Source: Myxococcota bacterium
Lineage (GTDB): Bacteria; Myxococcota_C; UBA6777
Assembly: GCA_023150835.1 (NCBI GenBank)
Contig: JAKLKB010000134.1
Span: 1-43,068, forward strand
Length of the DNA: 43,068 nucleotides
Direction of reading: 5' to 3'
Under the pieces are notes generated by a model. That model was not told where the DNA came from. It ran no database searches and saw only the letters and a list, made by a program, of their open reading frames with translations. The translations under genes and the position numbers were made by a program. Shown here piece after piece: positions 8,730 to 17,134 of the stretch (position 1 is the stretch's first letter; every line of letters begins with the position of its first letter).

Positions 8730-11198
8730 ATGACGGAAAAATACGACGGGTTGGATGAGGAAACGAGCCAAGAGATCGGGCGAGAAGTGGATGAGATTTT
8801 TGAGAATATGCCCGATTCACCGCAGTTTTGCGTGTTCGGAGAGCGCGATGCGGTGTTGCCGGGCCTTGTGCTGGGGGATGGGACAGATTGTGCATTGCCG
8901 TTGGAAGAGGGCACCGTCAAGAAGATGATCGCGTACGCATCGGTGGCCCCGTACGGTCTTGGAACAGAAACGCTGGTGGATACGGAAGTTCGGCGAAGTT
9001 GGCAGATCGATGCTGAACAGTTTTCTTTTCGCAATCCTCGATGGGCGCGGTTTGTGGAGGATATCGTTGCGGAGGTTTGTGGCGGGCTAGGCGTGGCGCA
9101 CGAGGTGCGGGCAGAGCCGTACAAGTTGTTGATTTACGAGGCGGGTGGTTTCTTTAAGGGCCACCGCGACACAGAAAAGCAGAAGGGGATGTTTGCGACG
9201 CTGGTGATCAATCTGCCTTGTCCGCATGAAGGAGGGCAGTTGCGCGTGCAGCACGATGGCGAGACCGAAACGACCGAATTTGGGGGGAAAGACAGCGCAT
9301 TTTTGATTCGGTTTGCGGCTTTTTATGCGGATTGTGTGCATGAGGTCTTGCCTGTGGAGAGCGGGTATCGGGTGAATCTGGTCTATAATCTCTGTTTGTC
9401 GGGCCGCCAAAAGACTCCAAAAGCACCGAGTTATGATGAGCCTGTGCGTGCGTTGGCTGCGTTGCTCAAACCGCCTTTGCAAGAAGGGGTGGTGGAAAAG
9501 ATCGTCCTTCCGCTCAAGCATCAATACACCGAGGCAGGGCTTTCACCCCAAGAGCTAAAGGGCCAAGACCTCGTGCGTTTTGTTTGCTTATCGCGTTTGG
9601 CACAAGCGCACGGGATGCAGGCGTTTCTTGCGTTGCTGACCTTCCATCAAGTCGGGTTTCCCTCCTATGACAGTTTTGAGGCACCGCGTCGTCGCTGGAG
9701 AGGGTACGATGAGTCAGATGGATTCGGTTCGGACACCGAGTTTGAGGAGGTTCACGACGAGGACGGCGAGTTGGAGCACTGGTGGACTCCAACAGGGGAA
9801 TCGTTGCCTTTGGGGAGCCTGCCTTTTTCTCGTGAAGAATTCGTCTCGTCGCAACCGCTGGAAGAATTTGAGTACGAGCAAAGCATCGAAGGCCCGACAG
9901 GCAACGAGGGGGTGTCGATGGAGCGCTGGTATCGGATCGCAGCGGTGGTGTTGTGGGAGACCAAAAAACATTTTCACATTTTGGCGGACAACGGCCAACA
10001 GACGAGCATTATCGGGTTACGGCATTGGATGGCTTCGGTGAAAGATCCTTCTAAGGATGTATCTTGTCGGGAGTTTGCGGAAGACATCTTAGCGCGTTGG
10101 CGATTTTATCCTTCCTATTACAAGCCGAGCGTGGATGAGACGGGTGAGATGTTGTCGCTCTTGCGTGAACTGAACCATCTACCGTTGGTTCGGCGGTTTC
10201 TTGTGGAGATCTTACCTCGACAACAAAGTGGTGAAGAAGGGCGGAGATTGCGAGAGATTTGTGAGCATTGGGGATGGGAGTCTTTTGCGAAGGAGATCAA
10301 GGATCACGTTTTGGGTTCAGCAACGGGGCAAGGTGCTGTGCGGTTTGGTCGGATCACTCGGATATTGGAAGACCTTTGCACGGGCGCGGCTATCGGTTCG
10401 GAGCAACAGCGTGTGGGCCGAGGTTTCGCGGCGACCTTTTTTGAGACGCTGCGTGCGTGGGACAACGAGACCGAGAAGGAGATGCCGAAGATCGACGAGG
10501 CAGACAAACCCTATCATCGGGGATTTTGGCGCGAACATCCCGAACGCAGCGAGTTAAGGGAAAAGAAGATCGAAGCGGAAGTGGCTTTGCGCCGCTCGGT
10601 GTTTTTGCCCTTTTGTCGGGTGCTGGTGGCGTTGGAGATGCGGGACCTCTTGAATGAATGGGTTGCGCATACCTTTCAATACGAAGACTGGTACGAACTT
10701 CGTGATATCTTGCTGCCTGCTGCTCGATCGATGGTGCTTTTGCAGGAGTCCTCGACGTGTTGTAAGGAGCCGATACAAGGGCTTTTGCAACGTGTGATCG
10801 AGCGGCTAGAGCAGCGCACGTTGCGCCCGATCCCTGAACCCGAAGATTGGTCGCAGTCCGTGAAGTTGGGTTGCAAGTGTGAGGATTGTCGGGATCTACA
10901 GGTTTTTCTCAAACATCCGACAGAACAAACGCATCGCTTTGCGATCGCTGAAAAGCGCAGAGAACATCTCGCGCAAACGATCAAGACACATCGGTTGGAT
11001 ATCGAACACACCACCGAGCGCAAAGGCAGTCCCTACAAGTTGGTTTGCACCAAAACACGCACAAGCTACGAGCAAGCGTGCCGCGTCTTTGAAGAAGATG
11101 TCGCTGATCTCGCGGCTTGTCGTTTGTTGTTGGGTGACGCGCAGCAGGGAAAAGCTGCTGAAACGCCCAAAACACAGCGAAGAACACGCAAGAAGTAG
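8730..11198 (+). CDS. Large 2OG-Fe(II) oxygenase family protein
   Basis: ATG after GAGG; YKLLIYEAGGFFKGHRDTEK (HxD), CVHEVLPVESGYRVNLVYNL (distal H and R); C-terminal CKCEDC. Confidence 0.9.
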   Translation: MTEKYDGLDEETSQEIGREVDEIFENMPDSPQFCVFGERDAVLPGLVLGDGTDCALPLEEGTVKKMIAYASVAPYGLGTETLVDTEVRRSWQIDAEQFSFRNPRWARFVEDIVAEVCGGLGVAHEVRAEPYKLLIYEAGGFFKGHRDTEKQKGMFATLVINLPCPHEGGQLRVQHDGETETTEFGGKDSAFLIRFAAFYADCVHEVLPVESGYRVNLVYNLCLSGRQKTPKAPSYDEPVRALAALLKPPLQEGVVEKIVLPLKHQYTEAGLSPQELKGQDLVRFVCLSRLAQAHGMQAFLALLTFHQVGFPSYDSFEAPRRRWRGYDESDGFGSDTEFEEVHDEDGELEHWWTPTGESLPLGSLPFSREEFVSSQPLEEFEYEQSIEGPTGNEGVSMERWYRIAAVVLWETKKHFHILADNGQQTSIIGLRHWMASVKDPSKDVSCREFAEDILARWRFYPSYYKPSVDETGEMLSLLRELNHLPLVRRFLVEILPRQQSGEEGRRLREICEHWGWESFAKEIKDHVLGSATGQGAVRFGRITRILEDLCTGAAIGSEQQRVGRGFAATFFETLRAWDNETEKEMPKIDEADKPYHRGFWREHPERSELREKKIEAEVALRRSVFLPFCRVLVALEMRDLLNEWVAHTFQYEDWYELRDILLPAARSMVLLQESSTCCKEPIQGLLQRVIERLEQRTLRPIPEPEDWSQSVKLGCKCEDCRDLQVFLKHPTEQTHRFAIAEKRREHLAQTIKTHRLDIEHTTERKGSPYKLVCTKTRTSYEQACRVFEEDVADLAACRLLLGDAQQGKAAETPKTQRRTRKK

Positions 11199-11618
11199 AC
11201 ACTCTGCCTACTTGTTTTTGTTGCGGCCCGTTTGGCCGTTCGGTGTGTCCGTGGTCAGGACAAAGCATCGAGGCATATCAGCCACTACCTACAGAACCTC
11301 TCACGCAGATCTACGCGGTCCCTTCGGAGATTCAGCGCCGTTTGGCGATCTCGGGCTAGGTCTGTGTTGTTTGGTAGCGAAATTTTTTGTTGTGCGATGT
11401 GAAGCTTTGTGGCATTTGTCCGTCAAAGGCGCTTTGCTCTGGTTGGATGGCTGTGTACGATACGGTACTATCGCGTTGTCTGATCGGCCGTGTACGACGA
11501 GTTACTGTCGCCTTGGGTGGGTTATTCTTGGATGAGTGGCCTATCCGTTCTGCACGTCACATGGGAACAAGTGGTTTGTTCTCAGAGACATTGTCCTGTG
11601 ATCCCAAAGGAGATGCGG

Positions 11619-12206
11619 ATGAAACGAGTTCTCAGTACGTTGTTCGTGGGTTTTTTTGCTCTGGTCGGTTTGACCGACATTTCTTTGGCACAAGCGCCCC
11701 CCTTGAAGCGAAAAGGTGCCAAATCTGCTAAAGCCGCCCAAATTGCACAGCAACTTGCAAAAGCCAACATCGTCGTGCATGACAAAAAGCAAAAAGGGGC
11801 CAAGGCCGCACAGCAGCTTTCAAAAGCCAACATCGTCGTTCACGATAGAAAAGCCAAACAACAAGCTGCAAAGCAGGCATTGCGCAGCGGTGGCTCGTCG
11901 ATCGTGGTACACGATCGAAAATTGAGACAAGAGAAAGTGAAAAAAGCCGCACAAGAACTCCAGAAGGCCAAGATCGTTTTACATGACGCCAAAGCAAAAC
12001 AACAGTTCACCAAGTCCCAGATCGTGGTGCATGATAGAAAAGCGCGCCAATTGGTGTTGAAAAAGAACCAACAAGAAAACGACAAAGCCAAAAGAAACCA
12101 GCAAGAAAACGACAAAGCCAAAGCGCGCCAATTCGCGTCGAAAAAGAACCAGCAAGAAAACGACAAAGCCCGAGCCCGCCAATCCGCCGCCAAAAAGAAG
12201 CAGTAA
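11619..12206 (+). CDS. Secreted Lys/Gln/Ala-rich repeat protein (5x IVVHD-like, 3x NQQENDKA)
   Basis: AAGGAG RBS; signal peptide MKRVLSTLFVGFFALVGLTDISLAQA; internal repeats conserved at protein level. Confidence 0.85.
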   Translation: MKRVLSTLFVGFFALVGLTDISLAQAPPLKRKGAKSAKAAQIAQQLAKANIVVHDKKQKGAKAAQQLSKANIVVHDRKAKQQAAKQALRSGGSSIVVHDRKLRQEKVKKAAQELQKAKIVLHDAKAKQQFTKSQIVVHDRKARQLVLKKNQQENDKAKRNQQENDKAKARQFASKKNQQENDKARARQSAAKKKQ

Positions 12207-12244
12207 TAGAGTAAGACTTATGCGAAATTCGCAGAGTGTACGAT

Positions 12245-12331
12245 CGTAAAGAGGTAGGGGTCCCCTGTGGCTGCCCAAGCACAGGGCGTCTACGCACTCT
12301 CCTACAATCACACATCATTCGGATATCGTAT
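12245..12331. repeat. Solo GTAG-type REP-like element (family A)
   Basis: gtaggggtcccctgtggctgccc...gggcgtctac; with its flanks it matches the reverse complement of 36342-36431, and its core matches the 42711-43068 array units. Confidence 0.8.
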
Positions 12332-12337
12332 GACGCA

Positions 12338-12467
12338 GTTGCCAAAAAAATCCCGTGTTCGCGCCGTGTCAAGCGAGAGCGTCGTCTGTGTGAAAAACAG
12401 TGATCTTTTCGCCAATACGGGGTCAAGGGGCGACAGTCCCTTGCGGGGCATGGGGCAGCGCCCCATG
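12338..12467. repeat. About 130-bp dispersed double-hairpin element (family B), copy 1
   Basis: gttgccaaaa...cgtgttcgcg...tcaagcg...cgccaatacggggtcaagggg...ccttgcgggg...tggggcagcgcccca; homologous copies elsewhere in window. Confidence 0.85.
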
Positions 12468-12522
12468 AAACCAAACACAGGGTCATCATTGAGGGGCGAT
12501 GTGGGTGTGGAGCAGGGGGCTG

Positions 12523-14616
12523 TTAAAGGGGAGCGTTGTGTACGCGCACGCATTGAAACGCAAAGTTGTCTCGACAAGGTTCTTGGAGGATGCGTGCGAG
12601 GAAAGCGGGTGTGATCTGTTGTGGGCTTCCTTGGTGTGCGTTGAAGAAGTCCGATAGTGCTTGAGAAGAGAGTTCGCTGTGGACGCCATCAGAGCATAAG
12701 AAAAACAGGTCGTTGGGTTGGATGGGGAAACAAGCCAGTTGGATATCCAAGGATTCGGTGCATCCGATGGCGCGTAGAACAACGTTTTTGTGTGGAAATT
12801 CTTCGGTCTCTTGGGGTGAGCGCAAGAGTCCCATGCGGATACATTCGCGCAAAAGCGTGTGATCTTCGGTCAGTTGGAAGAGTTGGCCATCGCGGAACAG
12901 GTAAGCTCGGCAATCGCCTGCGTGGGCGACCCATGCTTGCTCGTCTTCGATGGCGAGAGCGGCAAAGGTCGCTGCACCGCCGCGAAGGTAAGGGATGCCT
13001 TCTGCGCCCGAAGAGAACCGATACAAGGCCAAGTTGGCTTCATGAAGCAACAACAACAGGGAGGCGGCTTTGGGGGTGGGGAGGTGAAAAGAGCGCTTGG
13101 TTTCAGCCGAGGGCAAGGCCCGTTCGAGTTCTCTCCAAGGCAAGGGGATATCTGCTTCTCCGAGTCCTCGCGCTAGAAAGCTCATCAGAAAACCAGAAGG
13201 GATGTAGCCCGACGATCCGCCGCCCATACCATCCGCTACGATGAAGACTTGCGCGTTGGGGAACGTTGCGACCGCGTCTTCGTTATGTTGTCGAAGATGC
13301 CCTACGTGTGTGCTGGAAGCGGACTCGATCACCCAAGGATTCCGATGTTCCGAACGAACTCCCAACAACATAGGGCGAAGGTACGGTAGTTCCGAAAGAT
13401 CCGGCGTTAGAGAAGAGGGTAGATCGTAGGTTGGTTCTTGATGCGTAAAGAAAGCGTCGGCTGGTTCTTGGTGCGTAAAGAAAGGCTCGGAGCGAAGGGC
13501 ATCTTGGTAGAATGTGAAACTGGCGGTGGTTGTAGGATAAGCGAGATCGAGATCGCGTTGGAGTTGTTGTGCAGTATCTTGCAAAGCCCGAAGGGCCGAA
13601 GCGCGGATGGGATTGAAGTGGAGTTGGAGCTGCTCCCATCGTGCTTTGGGCAGATGTTCTGCGATCCGTTGAATCGAGTCATCCGAAAGATCATTGAAGC
13701 GCAGATCGAGATCGCGAACGGAGGAGAGCAACGCCGAAGACAGCGCCTTTGTGAGACCACGATCGGTCAAGCCGTTGGTCGCAAGAGAAAGTCGCATAAG
13801 CTTGGAGGCCGATGCTTGGGCCAGTTGCAACAGTCCATCGTCAGCAAGGCGGTTGTATGAAAGATCGATAGAGCGAAGCGATCCCAATACAGGCGAGCGG
13901 GCGAGCGTCTTGGCTTCTTGGTTTGCGAGGCCAGCGTGGCGGATCTGGATCTCTTCTAACGAAGGCCAGTTTACACTCGACAGCCACACATGAAGCGTTT
14001 CGTCGGTGATGGGATAACCTGCCATCCGAAAGCTCCGTAGCTTCGGCATCTGCACCAAGCAGAGCTTTTGCAACAACTGCCCCACCGCGCTAGGGTCAAA
14101 GGTTCGCATCGGATAGGCCATCTCCAAACCGACCCATCCACCGAGATCACAGGCGTCAAAAAGTCGCAAATGTTCTTGGAGCGAGAAGGTCGAATAGCGG
14201 ATCTGGATATGTTGTACACGGTTGAGTACGCGCACAAAAGAAGGCGCATAGGTGATGGGTTCGTCTTCCTTCAGTTCGACGCGCACGCTTCGTACAGCGG
14301 GCAATTGGAGCAGGGTTTGTAAGGAGGCTTCTTGGAGGTGTTTGGGGGAAAGCAGATGTGCAAAGACAAAGATGCGAAACAACGGATGATCGGGCATCTT
14401 CTGTAGGTTGGACGACCAAAACTCCGAATACAGGGGGAAAGCCCGTAGTTCATCAGGCCAGCGCTCAAGGTGTTGGCACAGGTACTGCGAGACCAACGAC
14501 CAATCGCCTTCCCAAGACCACTCTTCGAGTCGTTTGAGCAACGCCGACCACGATCCTCGATCCACAGATTTGCTCAAAAAGGCCCGTATATCGGCCAAAT
14601 GGTGTTCTGGGTTCAT
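12523..14616 (-). CDS. LRR + PP2C-family (PPM) Ser/Thr phosphatase fusion with Trp-rich N-terminal domain
   Basis: LRRs (LRSIDLSYNRLADDG, LDLRFNDLSDDS); PPM motifs RQHNEDA, VADGMGG, AHAGDCRAY, LCSDG, RDNFA. Confidence 0.9.
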   Translation of the reverse strand: MNPEHHLADIRAFLSKSVDRGSWSALLKRLEEWSWEGDWSLVSQYLCQHLERWPDELRAFPLYSEFWSSNLQKMPDHPLFRIFVFAHLLSPKHLQEASLQTLLQLPAVRSVRVELKEDEPITYAPSFVRVLNRVQHIQIRYSTFSLQEHLRLFDACDLGGWVGLEMAYPMRTFDPSAVGQLLQKLCLVQMPKLRSFRMAGYPITDETLHVWLSSVNWPSLEEIQIRHAGLANQEAKTLARSPVLGSLRSIDLSYNRLADDGLLQLAQASASKLMRLSLATNGLTDRGLTKALSSALLSSVRDLDLRFNDLSDDSIQRIAEHLPKARWEQLQLHFNPIRASALRALQDTAQQLQRDLDLAYPTTTASFTFYQDALRSEPFFTHQEPADAFFTHQEPTYDLPSSLTPDLSELPYLRPMLLGVRSEHRNPWVIESASSTHVGHLRQHNEDAVATFPNAQVFIVADGMGGGSSGYIPSGFLMSFLARGLGEADIPLPWRELERALPSAETKRSFHLPTPKAASLLLLLHEANLALYRFSSGAEGIPYLRGGAATFAALAIEDEQAWVAHAGDCRAYLFRDGQLFQLTEDHTLLRECIRMGLLRSPQETEEFPHKNVVLRAIGCTESLDIQLACFPIQPNDLFFLCSDGVHSELSSQALSDFFNAHQGSPQQITPAFLARILQEPCRDNFAFQCVRVHNAPL

Positions 14617-14635
14617 GCGCTCCCCTGCTTGGACT

Positions 14636-15328
14636 TTAAATGCCTGACGTTTTCACAAACAGGCTTTTCCGTAGCTGTTGCAACAATACGGCAGCCCCCC
14701 AACCTTTTGCTTCGTGTTCTTCGCCATCGGGTGGGCATCGATCTGATGCGATGAACTCGTCCAAGGTTTCGAGCGCATCAAAGATCGCCAATCTTAGTTT
14801 TTTTTCGTCTTCCTCCCCATCCAAAAAGGCCAACATTGCGGCTTCTGTGCAATCTCGCAGCATGGCCACTTGCTCCTCGTTCCAGTTCGGGGGGATTCTC
14901 GGGACGCCGACTTCAACGGAGTGCCCTACAAAACACCTCACACCGTGCTGGACGGCGATAGCCCCAAACGATCGTATGCCCAGCCAGTCTGATCGGGCTG
15001 CGGGATCTTCTATCGTTTCGCAAGCAAAGACGTACACTGCTGCGTTTGAGAAGAGTTCTCCAAACATCGGAGCATCGCTCCAGATCGGTTCATCTTTGAT
15101 TTGTGCTCGCAGCGAGCAAGAGTTCTTTCCACAATGCCCAAAGACCAAGCCGCGTCGTTCTTGGTGTGGCAGCGCGTGGAGAGCGGCCTCTATCTCGTCA
15201 AAAGAGGGAGATGCTCCGAAAAATGTCTTTGCTGTGTTGCGTTTAATTGCGATGTCATGGGCGGTATCGAGCGTAAGTTTTGTTGCGTCGTCGCCTTCTC
15301 GGTGCAGGGCAACCAACACGTACGACAT
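14636..15328 (-). CDS. Hypothetical protein, probable clan CD (caspase/CHAT/C25-like) fold
   Basis: Strand-His LVFGH(65)CG and strand-Cys AVYVFAC(103)ET followed by GVRCFVGH; start overlaps the ATPase stop (TAATG). Confidence 0.6.
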   Translation of the reverse strand: MSYVLVALHREGDDATKLTLDTAHDIAIKRNTAKTFFGASPSFDEIEAALHALPHQERRGLVFGHCGKNSCSLRAQIKDEPIWSDAPMFGELFSNAAVYVFACETIEDPAARSDWLGIRSFGAIAVQHGVRCFVGHSVEVGVPRIPPNWNEEQVAMLRDCTEAAMLAFLDGEEDEKKLRLAIFDALETLDEFIASDRCPPDGEEHEAKGWGAAVLLQQLRKSLFVKTSGI

Positions 15329-16842
15329 TACCTCGTCCCTTTCTTTGCGCCACGACGCATCGCCATGATCGCCATCTCAGTCATCGCGGAGGCATACTCG
15401 TTGGCCAAGGCTCGGTCGCCATCAATGGATTCTTTGAGCATCTTTGCGGTGACAGGGAGGCCTTTTGCGTCTTGGAACACGACATCCTCTTCGTCGATGG
15501 CTTCTGCTACAAGCTGACGCAGCGCGTCCCAAAAGGGACTCGGCTCGTAAAAATGCTCGATAGCGCGGGAACGTCGTTCGATTCGTACTTCGGTCCAACC
15601 CTCTTCGTTCATCGAGACATCAAGATAAAAAGCAGCCAAAGCGAAGGCGTGATGGTGCGTTTCGATCCAGAGTTGGTTGATCACGAACGTGTCGTTGGCA
15701 CCTTCTGGATTCATCTCTCGTTTGAAGAATTCAGCCAGATCGAGCACCATGTTGCGGTGAAGGTGTGCTTCGGGTTCTTCGATCATTACGATGGCAGCGC
15801 GGTTGATGTAAAGGTTGGTGAACATCCACACAAGCTGTTGTTTGCCTGTTCCGGACATACTCACGGCATGTTCTTGGCCGTTGGGCATCGTGGCGAGCAG
15901 CTCAAATCGCCCGACGGTGCTGTCCCAGATCGGAGCGAGCGCGCTTTGCTTGAATCCTGCTTGGTTAAGGACTTGTGACAAGCTGTTTGTGAGTTCTCGC
16001 CTCCACTTGGCTTTGGCAAGTTGCGAAGAAGCAAGGTAGGCGATCAGGTCTTTTTCTTGAACCAATCTGCCTTGTTGCATAGAGTTGGGATCATCGTTCG
16101 TGCTTTTTCCTGTTCGGTAAGCTCCGATATGCAAGAACAGATGGGGTATCAGGATGGTTTTGGCGCGTACTTTGAGCAGCGTTTCTTTTTGCGCGGATTG
16201 CTCGATTTTGTCTCTGGCTTTTTGAGCATCGTGTAGCTGTTTAGAATAGTTGTTGTGTATGTTTCTGACATCTTCGTTTTTTCCGATGTATTGGGCTGCA
16301 TCGATCTCGTACTTACGGATCTGGCTTTCGTAATGGGCGATTTGTTGGTAGATGCGTGTCAATTCGGGTGCTTCGTTGCCTTTGCTTGCGAGGCTTAATA
16401 AGTCTGACCCGTCCAGTCGGAACACTTCAAACCAGATGTGCAATTCTTGCCCGCGATCTTGCGCTACGACTTGAAGGTGAAGTGTCGAAAAGGTTGTCTC
16501 TCCTTCCATGAGATCTTTTTGGAAGTCACCGAGTTGTATTTCCGTTCGGATGTCGATTTGTTTTGAGCCAAAAGCGAAGTCTTCAGGGCGGAGTTTGATT
16601 TGTTGGTGGTAGTTTGGGTCGACCAAATTGGCGACGAGTGGTTGGGCTTGTGTTGGTAAGAACTGAAGCGTTGCCCAATGCATGATGCAGTCGATGGCGC
16701 GGAGGATATTGGATTTCCCGCAGCCGTTGGGGCCGTGTAGCACCACGATATCTCCCAAGTCATCAAGTTTTATATGTTTGAGGCTGCGATAGCCGCTTAC
16801 CTCAAGCGAACGGATCTTGGTGCGGCGGAAGGCTTGGGGCAT
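15328..16842 (-). CDS. ABC-type (AAA_15/AAA_21-like) ATPase with coiled-coil insert
   Basis: IRSLEVSGYRSL, Walker A GPNGCGKS, signature-like SGTGKQQL, Walker B VMIEEPEAHLH, H-loop IETHH. Confidence 0.9.
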   Translation of the reverse strand: MPQAFRRTKIRSLEVSGYRSLKHIKLDDLGDIVVLHGPNGCGKSNILRAIDCIMHWATLQFLPTQAQPLVANLVDPNYHQQIKLRPEDFAFGSKQIDIRTEIQLGDFQKDLMEGETTFSTLHLQVVAQDRGQELHIWFEVFRLDGSDLLSLASKGNEAPELTRIYQQIAHYESQIRKYEIDAAQYIGKNEDVRNIHNNYSKQLHDAQKARDKIEQSAQKETLLKVRAKTILIPHLFLHIGAYRTGKSTNDDPNSMQQGRLVQEKDLIAYLASSQLAKAKWRRELTNSLSQVLNQAGFKQSALAPIWDSTVGRFELLATMPNGQEHAVSMSGTGKQQLVWMFTNLYINRAAIVMIEEPEAHLHRNMVLDLAEFFKREMNPEGANDTFVINQLWIETHHHAFALAAFYLDVSMNEEGWTEVRIERRSRAIEHFYEPSPFWDALRQLVAEAIDEEDVVFQDAKGLPVTAKMLKESIDGDRALANEYASAMTEMAIMAMRRGAKKGTR

Positions 16843-17134
16843 GGAAACTCCTCATGTTGTACCCCTGTAAGCATGGGTCGAATGAACAGGGGGAGCAAAC
16901 AAACGACTGTACCGCTCGAACGTCCGCGAATACAGCTTTTTTGTCAACGGCGTGTTGCGAGATCCCCAAGGTGGCTATGTTCTTGGGCGCGTTGGTGGCC
17001 GAACACGGGAGGTTTTGTCAACTGCGTGGGGTGAGGGCTTTTGGGTGGAAGGCTTTTGGTGTGGTGATGGTCAGAGTAGGTGTTGTTTAGAAAGGCTTTT
17101 GCGCGGTGGGGGCGTCAGAGCAAGGCGGGTTCGT

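Noticed and set aside
11401-11426. Possible ECF promoter GAAGC-n15-CGTCAA upstream of the repeat protein
   Set aside because: Single short match, unlike the 18964/22553 motif; insufficient support
15328-16842. OLD/GajA, PtuA or AriA assignment
   Set aside because: No TOPRIM domain recognised, and the partner lacks HNH, UvrD or TOPRIM motifs
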